A stretch of DNA of 64,000 nucleotides from Acidimicrobiia bacterium (GCA_965215185.1 OZ244034.1:1984001-2048000); one strand, 5' to 3'; positions 20,400 to 30,052 are shown, counted from the first letter of the stretch. Translations and numbers: made by a program. Notes: a model not told the origin generated them from the sequence alone.

Positions 20400-21030
20400 C
20401 ATCGGCTACGGTCTTTGTACGGTTCCACGCCGCATCGCATCAGCCACCTGACCGCTATGTCGATGGCGAGAGTCGCTATCCAATCGGGTTTCGCTTTGGA
20501 TGTGTCTGGCCCGCCCGTCGATCCCGAAACAGCTAAACGCTTGAAGGTCTTCCATCGCGAGGAACCCGGCGTAACTCTCATGGTGGGAGCCAACCCTTGG
20601 CATGGGTCCACTTGGATATCTCAACCAGAACGAGCGTTATTGGAATGCCTCCAGGACTCAGACAGGCTCCCGGATGGAGAAACGGTAGGGGCAGAAGTCC
20701 TATTACCGAGGCGAGGCCGTGGTTGCGGAAACTGTCATAGAGATAGCTCACCGCTTGGGATGGGGCAAGCCACTGCGCCGATTGGCGTCGATCGCTGACC
20801 GCATGGACAATTGTCGTGGCGTGTTCTCTGTCAGGCCCGACGGGTTCTTGCACGACAACCAGCGCCTTTTCCTGGACGTGGACGAGGCGCCGTCTGACAG
20901 CGACTGGACTTGCGTTATACCGGCCCGTCACGATCCGCCACCCCGCGGGAGCTTTTTCCTCGACGAAAAACAACGGGTGGTGTGGTGCTGGACGCACCCG
21001 CACGCCCTTTTGGAGGACCTGCTCTATTGA
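20400..21030 (+). pseudogene. AbiEi-like type IV antitoxin, frameshifted and 5'-truncated
   Basis: WISQPERALLECL, then in another frame RLGWGKPLRRLASIA...RVVW; paralogue of 26437..27273. Confidence 0.65.
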
Positions 21031-21046
21031 CCTACGGCGTTGCCCT

Positions 21047-21073
21047 TCTGGCCAGTTTGCCACCACCCCTGAC
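21047..21073 (+). repeat. att-like repeat, copy 8 (core only)
   Basis: TCTGG-CCAGTTTG-CCACCACCCCTGAC. Confidence 0.7.
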
Positions 21074-21467
21074 TACGTAGTCCCTAGATGGTGGATCCAA
21101 GAATGGCAATAGACACGCCGATCACCAGACAACCCGCAGCCGCTCGATTGTCGCCAAAACGACCAGCTTTCGCGTGTCGCATCATCGCCGAATACCGAAA
21201 GTCAATAGCGTGGCGGGCCACCCGACAGATCCTCACCCTGCAACCCAGCACCCACGCCAGGAATCAAGGCTTGGTGCGATGACATCTGGAACTTCGAAAC
21301 CCGGGGCGGTTCACCGCTAACCGTGGGCGGGAGCCGAGTGGAACTAGGCCATTGTCCAGGCACTAGTGTGCTGTCTGCTAAGTGGCTGGGAGAGTTAGAG
21401 GGCCAGTGCGCAGGGAATCTGGCTTGGGTAACCCACCCACTCACTTGACAGACACACCCTAGGTTGC

Positions 21468-21587
21468 TTACTTAGAGTGCCTCTTGTGCCACTTCTCCTT
21501 GCGAGCAGGACTCCTGCGGTCTTTGCTTGGAGCAAATTCGCCGCCCTTTCTTCGACGGACGATCCGGACTTCCTTTTCCTTTCCCAT
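21468..21587 (-). CDS. 39-aa basic small protein (not in the ORF track)
   Basis: AAAGGAGGTGA ribosome-binding site, then ATG; MGKEKEVRIVRRRKGGEFAPSKDRRSPARKEKWHKRHSK*. Confidence 0.6.
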   Translation of the reverse strand: MGKEKEVRIVRRRKGGEFAPSKDRRSPARKEKWHKRHSK

Positions 21588-21800
21588 TCTTCTTCACCTC
21601 CTTTCAAATGTGGCGGGGTTGCGCGACCCCGGAATCAAACACGGGATCACCTACTAAAGTGTAATGTCTGCTAAGTAGCAGGGCTGATAAGAAAAACCAG
21701 TGTGCAGGGAGTCCGGCGCGGGTGGGTTACGGTTTCGTTGCGCCTATAGCTATTTCGCAGGCATATCACTAGCACCTATAGGAGCGTTGTGGCAGGCCGC

Positions 21801-21865
21801 GGTGGGGTGTTTGCCACCATCCCTGACCTGCAGCTTAACCGCGGGTCTCGGGAGGACACCACAAT
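21801..21865 (+). repeat. att-like repeat, copy 9
   Basis: GGTGG-GGTGTTTG-CCACCATCCCTGACCTGCAGCTTAAC...GGAGGACACCACAAT; close to copy 1. Confidence 0.85.
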
Positions 21866-21967
21866 GGAGTCGCCCATTTAGAGCACAAAATTGGGGGATG
21901 CAAGAAGCCGCATTAGGGTGGCAACCCGCATGGTAGCGGTTTGTAAAGCATCACTTCGGAGGGGTAA

Positions 21968-22770
21968 GTGATTAGCGTTTCCACAGTGTCCGACACCATA
22001 GATCACTCGGTTGTGGATCCTCGTTTCCATCCGATACATTGGCGCTTCCAAGAACTCCTCATAGAACACCATGGCTTGCGGGGAGGAGATCCCCAAGACA
22101 TCGGCGAGTGGGCACTGAGAGTGTGCCAGACGGTGAGGGAACTTCTCGATCCGGACCACGAATGCGTGGCGGACACCAAGTCGCTACTCCATGAACTCAG
22201 AGCGTTGGACTTTGTGCGACCGGGCCTAAGGAGAAAGCAGGAAATCCATCATCGGCTCCGCGGTCCCATCCGAGCACAAGGTTATGGTTTGGCGATAGCC
22301 GCTGCGATGGCTGAGCGGCCTGATCGGACTGTGTTGCGGGTGGTTGATCTCCATCCGTGGGTTGCAGAGTTGGCAGAGCCACTTTGGAATGATGAGTATT
22401 GGTTCGCAGCGGTCACGGCTGCTGGTGACAATGTGCGGGCGAAGTGGAAGGCCGTTCTCGGACTCAGAACGGCCCGCACCGAACAACTAGTAAGTGCCTC
22501 CAGTCTGGATGACCCGAAGCCTGGGCAACCCCGAATGCGATTTGCCTGCTATGACCGTGATCGCGATGAAGACGAGTGGAACAACGGCCACGAGGGGTCA
22601 TGCACTTCGCTCGAGGGTGCATGAAGCGAATCCGCAACCTCTACAAGTATCAACCGCAGAGTCCGGCTATCTCACCCGGACTGGCGTTGGAAACCTTGGC
22701 CGCGTTAAGTCGCCTAGCCCGCTGGATCACCGATGCAAAGGTGGAACAAGCAGAAACTGCGAGCAGCTGA
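21968..22770 (+). pseudogene. TIGR02391/Ymh (HEPN-like) family protein with one frameshift near 22595
   Basis: LHPWV..LWNDEYW.AAV, PKPGQPR, HEG/VMHFARGCMKRIRN and ALETLAALSRLARW motifs. Confidence 0.75.
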
Positions 22771-24710
22771 TGGGTTGGGATGATGGGCTCAAGGATCCCC
22801 ACCTCAAAATAGCTACAAGCAACGAAGCAAGGATCGGCGTGTTGGCTGGCCCAGGAACAGGCAAGACAAAGTATGGACTTATGCGACGGGTTGCAAGATT
22901 GCTCTCAGAAGGCGTGCCACCTAATCGAATCCTCCTCCTCTCCTTCACGAGAGTTGCGGCCGCTGATCTTCGCGACAAGGTCGCGGAACTCGACGTCCCA
23001 AGTGCGGAAGATGTTCGCGCTACGACTCTCCATGCCTATTGCCTCGGTCTTTTGATGCGGGACTCGGTTCTTAGGCTGACCGGTCGGCATCCCAGAATTC
23101 TCATGAACCATGAAAGAGACCTGATGCTTCGTGATGTCGGTGGCGAATTCGGTTCGATCTATGACCGCCGGAAGCGTCTGGAAGCTCTGCTCGCGGGTTG
23201 GGCGCGCAAGGAAACCGACCATCCGGGTGTTGCGGTAGAAGACGAGGACCGCGCCTTCGAGCGGGGTGTTCTCCGCTGGCTGAGGTCTCATCGCGCGATG
23301 TTGATCGGTGAAGTAATCCCCATTGCTCACCGTTACTTGTCCACTAACCCTGCCGCCGAAGAATTGGATGCCCTTGAGCACCTCGTTGTGGACGAGTACC
23401 AGGACCTGAACGCTCTCGAGCAGGATCTCTTGGAGGTACTGGCTAGCAATGCAAAGAGCTTATGTGTCGCTGGCGATGATGACCAATCGATCTACAGCCT
23501 GCGATATGCCAACCCGCTCGGCATTCGCATTTTTCTCAATAGGGAGGATGTTGAGACCCACGGCATCGAGGTCTGTGGCAGATCGCCGACAAATGTGGTT
23601 CGTATGGCGAACGCGCTTATCGAACAGGCCCCACATCGAGAAAAGCCACCCCTCATTCCGCTTCATCTGGATCAAGAGGGCGATATATCCATTGTTCAAT
23701 GGGTAGACATTCCGTCAGAAATCGAAGGCATCGTTGCCGCGATTGCTGATGACGTAGGTCGCCGAGGGATCGAGCCAGGCGAGATTCTCGTGTTAGCTAA
23801 CTGGAGAAAAATCGGCGCACAGATCCGAGACAGGCTGAGTGACTTAGACATTCCGTCCCGCTCGTACTTCACAGAGGATGAACTCGAAACCGATCAGGGT
23901 CGGGAGGCCTTAGCGCTTTTGCGCCTTGTGGTGGATCGGAGCGACCTGCCAGCGATTCGCGTTCTCGTGGGCCTGGAAGAGGGATCGGGGAGATCGGCCG
24001 CCTATCAGAGGCTTCTTGAGTATTGCCACAACAACGGATATGAGGCCGCCGACGCTCTTGGTCGCCTAGCGGTCGGCGAAAGACTCTCTGGCTTGCGGGT
24101 GCCATCCCTCGTCAACCGTTACAAGCGAGCAATGTGCCGAGTGGACCTCTTGCGAAAGCTGGGATTGTCGGACATGGTCGATGATTTATTCCCAGATGGT
24201 GACGATGCACTTGCTGACTTGCGTGGCGCCGCCCTCGACGCAGTTCAAGCGGCAAAGGGGCCCAACGAAGTGTTGGACCACATCGTAGCGGCCGTTACTC
24301 AGAACGATGTCCCTCAGCAGCCAAACTTCGTTCGGGTCATGAGCCTTCACAAATCGAAGGGATTGACTGCCAACGCTGTCTACATAGCGGGCGCAGTGGA
24401 TGGGATAATTCCTACCGTGACCTCCACAGACCAAGCTGAAGTCGAAGCCGCCATTGAAGAAGGTCGGCGTCTCTTCTATGTTGCCCTTACCAGAGTTGTT
24501 CACCAACTTGTCATATCCTCCAGCAGGACGATGGATCTTGCCGACGCTAACGCTAGGGGCGTGAAGTATCTGCCGGCAACCATACGGAAGTCAGGTAGTC
24601 GATTCACGATCCGCACAATCGCTAGTCAATACCTTGCCGAACTCGGGCCGTCGGCGCCCCGCCCCCTGCGGGGTGAGGTGTGGCTAGCATCACGATCCCC
24701 CGAAACCTAA
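22770..24710 (+). CDS. UvrD/Rep-family SF1 helicase
   Basis: AGPGTGKT, SFTR, TTLH, VDEYQD, GDDDQSIY, MSLHKSKGL and RRLFYVALTR motifs; TGATG overlap with the upstream gene. Confidence 0.92.
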   Translation: MGWDDGLKDPHLKIATSNEARIGVLAGPGTGKTKYGLMRRVARLLSEGVPPNRILLLSFTRVAAADLRDKVAELDVPSAEDVRATTLHAYCLGLLMRDSVLRLTGRHPRILMNHERDLMLRDVGGEFGSIYDRRKRLEALLAGWARKETDHPGVAVEDEDRAFERGVLRWLRSHRAMLIGEVIPIAHRYLSTNPAAEELDALEHLVVDEYQDLNALEQDLLEVLASNAKSLCVAGDDDQSIYSLRYANPLGIRIFLNREDVETHGIEVCGRSPTNVVRMANALIEQAPHREKPPLIPLHLDQEGDISIVQWVDIPSEIEGIVAAIADDVGRRGIEPGEILVLANWRKIGAQIRDRLSDLDIPSRSYFTEDELETDQGREALALLRLVVDRSDLPAIRVLVGLEEGSGRSAAYQRLLEYCHNNGYEAADALGRLAVGERLSGLRVPSLVNRYKRAMCRVDLLRKLGLSDMVDDLFPDGDDALADLRGAALDAVQAAKGPNEVLDHIVAAVTQNDVPQQPNFVRVMSLHKSKGLTANAVYIAGAVDGIIPTVTSTDQAEVEAAIEEGRRLFYVALTRVVHQLVISSSRTMDLADANARGVKYLPATIRKSGSRFTIRTIASQYLAELGPSAPRPLRGEVWLASRSPET

Positions 24711-24939
24711 ATCGGGAGGAGTGCCCAAACAGGGCTCGTATTGGGCGCAGGATCTAGGGTCTCCGTAGGAAGAACAATCACGGTGATCTCGGAAGTTAGT
24801 CAGCGATTCAGAGTGACCGCCACCCGACTAACTGAGAGCTAGGACAACGCTCATCACTGCGGCAAGAGCTGCTTGGGATGATTGGATATTCGAGCTTGTC
24901 AGAGACCGAAGGGACAGTGTCCACGATGGTCCTCGGACC

Positions 24940-25497
24940 ATGATTGTCCTGCGGGGTTCGTCTGCTGTTGGTAAGACCACCGTGGCGAGATGCCTTGCCC
25001 GCCAGCACGGCGTCGCCAATGTTGATACCAACCCTATTAAACGGGGAATGGGCATCACCCACGATCAGTTGCTTGAACACACCGAGATGGAACCCGATAA
25101 AGAGTGGTTTGTTGAAATCGATGGCTACTACAAGTACGGGTGGAAGGGCGCTGCTGCTTCGGCGTCTCTGTCAGCTGTGCTGTTGGCCGCCGAAGCCATG
25201 GACCAGGGATCTCATGCTGTGATAGCCGGGTTGGAAAATGCGTGGCTTCGGTCTTTTCGCGGCTGGGAAGAGGTCGTAACTCGGCTGGTGGCGCCGCACA
25301 GGATGTTCGCCGTGCGGCTTGTGGTTGACCCTTCCGTGCGGAAGGAGCGACTCTGCCAACGCAGTCCCGGCCAGTGGTCCTGGGCACCCGAAAACACCTC
25401 TAGTGATGGGAAGTCTCTGACAGTAGACACCACCAATGTCACTCCAGCCGAGGCAGCCGATCTGATCATCAAACACAGCGGAATATCAGCAACGTAA
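24940..25497 (+). CDS. P-loop kinase (AAA_33/nucleotide kinase-like)
   Basis: IVLRGSSAVGKTT, RKERLCQR lid and VDTT motifs. Confidence 0.75.
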   Translation: MIVLRGSSAVGKTTVARCLARQHGVANVDTNPIKRGMGITHDQLLEHTEMEPDKEWFVEIDGYYKYGWKGAAASASLSAVLLAAEAMDQGSHAVIAGLENAWLRSFRGWEEVVTRLVAPHRMFAVRLVVDPSVRKERLCQRSPGQWSWAPENTSSDGKSLTVDTTNVTPAEAADLIIKHSGISAT

Positions 25498-25659
25498 GTC
25501 TGCACCCAATCAACATCGCTAAGACGACCCCCCTTTCGCAAAAGGCATGAGACAAGTCCGAAGGTTGTTCTCCCGACCAGGTTTGCCCTGCTCCCGTGCA
25601 TCCGAGGTCTGTGAAACTGGGTGGCCGTCAGGGAAGGGGTTTTCTTAGTCTGGAAGCCT

Positions 25660-26424
25660 ATGGGAACCAGATTCGCGTTAGTGGGTGACATCCATGGCCG
25701 TTTCGAGGTGCTGGCCGAAGCCCTCGATGTGGCTCGCGGTCGGTGGGGGCAGTTCGATTTCGTGTTAGCCGCAGGTGATGTGGAACCCAACCGGAGCTAT
25801 GAGGATCACCTCGGGGTGGTGGGGCCGCCCCGCTACCGCAAGGTAGGCGATTTCTCCCGGGTGGTTGCTGGCGACATCACCTTAGGCGCGCCCCTGTACT
25901 TCATCGCGGGGAACCATGACCCGTATCCGGCGTTGGACCACGCCGGAGCAGGTGAGTGGGCACCGGGAGTGTGGTGGCTCGGTCGTTGGGGCATCACCAA
26001 AGTCCGGGACATAAATGTCGGGTTCCTCTCGGGTATCTACTCGCCTAAGTACAGCGACACCCCGGAACCGAAACGCAACGACTCCAAGCAACGCACCTAC
26101 TGGCACCGGTCCGAGTTGGAACAACTCACCCGTACCGCCCGCCGCTACCACGGACGTGTCGATGTGTTGCTGACTCACGACTGGCCGTCGGATGTGGGCA
26201 CCAACAAGGCAGGCATACCGGTCGGGGATCCGTATCTGCGGCAACTCACCGAGAAGATGCGGCCCCGTATCCACGCCTGCGGCCACATGCACCACGACCA
26301 CCAAGCCAGGATCGGCCCTACCCAGGTCGTTTGCCTAGCCAGACCACACAACACGCTCAACCGTCTAAACGGCGTGGCCGTGGCCGAACAGGACCGCCGA
26401 AGAAACCTACAGATCCTCACTTAG
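25660..26424 (+). CDS. Calcineurin-like metallophosphoesterase (Dbr1-like)
   Basis: GDIHG, AGD, GNHD, LSGIY, THDWP and GHMH motifs. Confidence 0.88.
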   Translation: MGTRFALVGDIHGRFEVLAEALDVARGRWGQFDFVLAAGDVEPNRSYEDHLGVVGPPRYRKVGDFSRVVAGDITLGAPLYFIAGNHDPYPALDHAGAGEWAPGVWWLGRWGITKVRDINVGFLSGIYSPKYSDTPEPKRNDSKQRTYWHRSELEQLTRTARRYHGRVDVLLTHDWPSDVGTNKAGIPVGDPYLRQLTEKMRPRIHACGHMHHDHQARIGPTQVVCLARPHNTLNRLNGVAVAEQDRRRNLQILT

Positions 26425-26436
26425 CTTGCCGAACAT

Positions 26437-27273
26437 GTGGTATCGATGAGAAGTGACCGTGTCGTCGGTGAGCAGGTGGAGGGGGTGTTGGGTTGTTTGT
26501 CTGAGGTGTTCACTACCGTGGATTTCCGTACCGTTGTGGGGGCGCGGGGTGGTGGGGTTCCGGTGGGTTTGCGCCGTGCCGAGCAGGAGGGACTGGTGGT
26601 GAATGTCAGACCGGGCCGCTGGGTTAAGACCATCCCAGGCTATGGAGGCGTTCGGTTTGTGGATCGGATGATGGCCGTTCGGGCTATCTATGGGGACCGT
26701 CCGCATCGGCTGTCTTTCCGAACACCGATCAAGGGGCTCCCGGTGAAAGTAGAGGGGACGACTTGTGTCAGTACGCCGTTTCCGGTTCGGAACCGGCAGC
26801 TGACCAAACAGTTCGGTGTTGAGGAGTTTCACGAACCGGAGGACAATTTCTATGTGGGCGCCGAACATGTCGTGGGGGGCACTTGGCGGTCCACTAAGCC
26901 TCGGGCGTTGTTGGAGTGTGCCAGGTTTCCCCACCGAGTCTACGAGTCCTTGTTGGTGATGGCGTATGGGATGGACATTCTGTGCCGCCCAGAGAACCTG
27001 GTAGGGATGGCCGACCGGTTGGGCTGGGAGGTGGCGTTGCAGCGGTTGCAGTCGGTGGCGTTGCAGGTCCGCAGCCACTTTGAGTATGAGACCATAGGTG
27101 TGGATCTTGACCTGGAGTTTTGTGAGATGCTGCCCGCTCGTCCCAAGAGATGGGTTCATGTGACCGGGTCGAAGTTGGCATCTGTGGGTCATCGGGTGGT
27201 GTACGCGGACGAGATCAACCGGGTGTGGTGGAGCCAAACCCCTGATATGTTGGTGGAGAATTTCCTATGGTGA
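26437..27273 (+). CDS. AbiEi-like type IV antitoxin/regulator
   Basis: N-terminal wHTH-like segment (VRPGRW); STKPRALLECARFP and LQRL motifs. Confidence 0.6.
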   Translation: MVSMRSDRVVGEQVEGVLGCLSEVFTTVDFRTVVGARGGGVPVGLRRAEQEGLVVNVRPGRWVKTIPGYGGVRFVDRMMAVRAIYGDRPHRLSFRTPIKGLPVKVEGTTCVSTPFPVRNRQLTKQFGVEEFHEPEDNFYVGAEHVVGGTWRSTKPRALLECARFPHRVYESLLVMAYGMDILCRPENLVGMADRLGWEVALQRLQSVALQVRSHFEYETIGVDLDLEFCEMLPARPKRWVHVTGSKLASVGHRVVYADEINRVWWSQTPDMLVENFLW

Positions 27274-28211
27274 CCCCGCCCGGTTCGACCAGTGCCATTT
27301 CCCACATCTACCCCACCGGTGTTGAGCAACTGGTAGAGGAACTTCGTTCCCGACCGAAGCTGCCCGAGGGAGTGCTGAAAGACCGCAGCGAACATCCCCA
27401 TCCGCTTGTGAGAGCATCCGTGGTGGCCCGTTCGGATTTTCCCGAGAGTTGGTTGGAACGAATGTTTCGGGACACCGACAGGAGGGTGCGGATAATGGTT
27501 TCCCGCAAACCCGGTGCTCCCCGGAGGGTGTTGGAGACTCTCGCCGATGATGACCATTGGGCTGTGCGGGCTTTTCCCAGGTGGAGACTCGGCTGGTCGA
27601 TGACCCTGCGGGAGGTGTGCGAATACGCAGAACACACCGACAACTACCAGGACTTGGAACGATTGTTGTCACATCCCAGCCGGGAAGTCCGAAGGACTAT
27701 AGCCCTCCGCCGGGACCTTCCTGACCGTCTGAACCAGGCCCTGGCGGACGATCCGGACTGGTATGTCAGGCAGCACCTGTTGGTCGCTTCCAATCCGCTT
27801 CTGGGTCTTCCCAAACCCCTTCCGGTGTGGCTGTTGGAGAAACTGGCGGACGACCCGTCATGGCTGGTGCGACAACAACTAGCCGTTTACCGGCATTGCC
27901 CAGACAGTCTCATCGAGAAACTGTCTGAGGACAGATCCCCTTGGGTGCGACAGGCAGTATCGGGGAGACTGCACCTCCCAGCCGATGTGTTGGAACGACT
28001 GGAGAAGGATCCCAACAGGAAAGTGCTCCTGGCGCTGAAGAGAAGGCAAGCCAAAGTCAGGCTCCGGGCCCGCCTGTCCAGGCGGCTCAAACCCGCTCCA
28101 AGCAACCAGGCCCCAACCAAAAACACGGCCGGTCGGAGCAGACCGCCCATCGAAGTCTTGTGTTCCAACAGCGAACGGCTGACCAGTCGCCCCTCGGTAC
28201 TAGGCGACTAG
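27267..28211 (+). CDS. HEAT/LRV-type repeat protein
   Basis: Repeated L.xLADD..W.VR units of about 24 aa. Confidence 0.75.
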   Translation: MVTPPGSTSAISHIYPTGVEQLVEELRSRPKLPEGVLKDRSEHPHPLVRASVVARSDFPESWLERMFRDTDRRVRIMVSRKPGAPRRVLETLADDDHWAVRAFPRWRLGWSMTLREVCEYAEHTDNYQDLERLLSHPSREVRRTIALRRDLPDRLNQALADDPDWYVRQHLLVASNPLLGLPKPLPVWLLEKLADDPSWLVRQQLAVYRHCPDSLIEKLSEDRSPWVRQAVSGRLHLPADVLERLEKDPNRKVLLALKRRQAKVRLRARLSRRLKPAPSNQAPTKNTAGRSRPPIEVLCSNSERLTSRPSVLGD

Positions 28212-29294
28212 TAGGGGGATGAGTAGTTCTTGGGGGGTGATGCCGCCGTGATGCCCGACCATGTGTGCGCCCAGGCCGTCTGGCAGGATCACAGTATCTG
28301 GTGGTGCTAGTAGTGCGGCGGTTGGGAACTGTTCGAGGGCGGGGTGCGGGTCCCCACCGCCCAGCCATTCCCGCAGGCGATCAGCGTCCACGTATTGGGC
28401 GCCGGTGCGTTGAGCGACATGCTGTATCTGTTCGAGGGGCCCGTTGAACATCAGCACCCGTCCGTCGCCCCAGCATTCCATGCCTTCAATAAGGTGCCTG
28501 CCCAATCGTATTTTCCCGTCAGCAGGGATGTCGCAGTGCCCATGGTCGGCGGTTCCGATCAACGCGGTGTCGGGCGGCAGGGTACGCGCCAGGCGTTCCC
28601 ACAACCGACCGGTGTCTTCAAGTGCTCTCTTGTACCCCAATGACCGTTGGCCCGACATGTGAGCGTTGCTGTCCACCGAAGACAAATACACCACCATCAG
28701 AGTCGCCTCACCGTCATCCAGCAACTCCGATGGTCTGATCCCATAGGGGGTTGAGTATCCGTATCGTTCCGCTCCCCGGTACACCATGTTGCTGAACGGA
28801 GAATGTTCGAAGATCACAGGGTGGGAGATGACCGCTCTCACGCCGGCGGTGTTCAGGCGTTCCCATAGGTTGGGAGCGGGCAGGAAACCGGCTGTGTCGT
28901 AGTTGACCCTCTCCCATTTGTCCGCCCATTGCAACATGTTTATCACTCGACCCAAATCGGGAATCCATTGGGTGTAGCCGATCACTCCATGTTGCATGGG
29001 CGCCAGTGCGGTGGCTACCGAAGACAAACCGACGGTGGTCGTGGTTGGAAACGGTGCTCTTAGCACAGCCCGACGGGACCGGCGCAAAGTCTCGGCGCTG
29101 GGATGAGCGAGTTGGCAATCGCCCAGACCGTCGACAACGACCAGCACATAGTTGCGTTTGTCGGGAATCAGCCCGGCCAGGTCGGAACGAAGCCCTCTGG
29201 TCGGCGACTCGCCAGTGAAACGCCTTTCCAACTCTGCCATGAGGTTCACCAGGTTGTCACCCTGATAGGAAGGCAAAACACCGTGATCTGTCAT
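28200..29294 (-). CDS. Alkaline phosphatase superfamily nucleotide pyrophosphatase/phosphodiesterase
   Basis: VVDGLG, FPTTT, HGVIGY, DSNAH, TADHGH and GHHGG motifs. Confidence 0.88.
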   Translation of the reverse strand: MTDHGVLPSYQGDNLVNLMAELERRFTGESPTRGLRSDLAGLIPDKRNYVLVVVDGLGDCQLAHPSAETLRRSRRAVLRAPFPTTTTVGLSSVATALAPMQHGVIGYTQWIPDLGRVINMLQWADKWERVNYDTAGFLPAPNLWERLNTAGVRAVISHPVIFEHSPFSNMVYRGAERYGYSTPYGIRPSELLDDGEATLMVVYLSSVDSNAHMSGQRSLGYKRALEDTGRLWERLARTLPPDTALIGTADHGHCDIPADGKIRLGRHLIEGMECWGDGRVLMFNGPLEQIQHVAQRTGAQYVDADRLREWLGGGDPHPALEQFPTAALLAPPDTVILPDGLGAHMVGHHGGITPQELLIPLLVA

Positions 29295-29323
29295 CTGCGG
29301 CCCCTTCTCCACATAAGCCCCCT

Positions 29324-30052
29324 TTACGCGCCTGATGCGGGATCGGAAGACTGTGAAGGGGCGGCTGGTTCGATAACCGCCACGGAGAAATCGTCGGTGT
29401 TTCCCGACTCGATGGCCACCTTCAACAGCTGGTCGGGCACTGTTTCAAGTGGCCCGTTCATAGCCTGCGCCAGCATGTTCGAATCAGCATGGCCGAACAG
29501 TCCATCGGTGGCCGCCAGGATCCTGCCAACCCCGAGGGGTTCCGTGGATACATGGACGTGGATGGGTTGGAACGAGGGATAGCCTCCCAGGGTTTGGGTG
29601 ATATACCCGTCACGCCAGTCATCCACCGTGACCTGTGTCAAATGTTCGCCGGCGTGGAAGTACACCCGGGAATCACCCACATGAAAGACGGTAACCGCGT
29701 CGGCGGTGATCAAGGCGCCGGCGATGGTGGTGCCCATGTCCCGCAGGCCTTTATGGACGAGCATCGCGTCATACAGAAACCGGTTGGCTTTCTCCACCAG
29801 CGACATCAGGTCTTGTTCGGTCTTGACCTCAGGGCTTCCCTGTGCGATGACTTCGGCTGCGAGAGTTGCGGCTATGTCGCCGGCAGGGTGGCCACCCAGC
29901 CCATCCAGCACGGCTATCAGACTTGGGGGTTCGACAGTGAACATGGCTGTGGTGGGCTGGTTGCTGTCTACCACCGTGTCGTCGACGACCACCCGATCTT
30001 GGTTGATGTTCCTGCCCGATCCCCGACGGGTGAGAACCGCCACTTTCAACAT
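29324..30052 (-). CDS. PP2C-family Ser/Thr phosphatase
   Basis: RNINQD, DGLGGH, MGTT, HVGDSR, TDGL and GNTDD motifs. Confidence 0.92.
   Translation of the reverse strand: MLKVAVLTRRGSGRNINQDRVVVDDTVVDSNQPTTAMFTVEPPSLIAVLDGLGGHPAGDIAATLAAEVIAQGSPEVKTEQDLMSLVEKANRFLYDAMLVHKGLRDMGTTIAGALITADAVTVFHVGDSRVYFHAGEHLTQVTVDDWRDGYITQTLGGYPSFQPIHVHVSTEPLGVGRILAATDGLFGHADSNMLAQAMNGPLETVPDQLLKVAIESGNTDDFSVAVIEPAAPSQSSDPASGA

Noticed and set aside
9049-21865. Repeats as a CRISPR array or classical integron attC sites
   Set aside because: Spacing is mostly kb-scale and irregular, no cas or intI gene is present, and there is no long RYYYAAC...GTTRRRY hairpin.
22494-22769. N-terminal extension of the helicase given in the ORF track
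   Set aside because: It overlaps the TIGR02391 gene; ATG 22770 with TGATG coupling is the better start.
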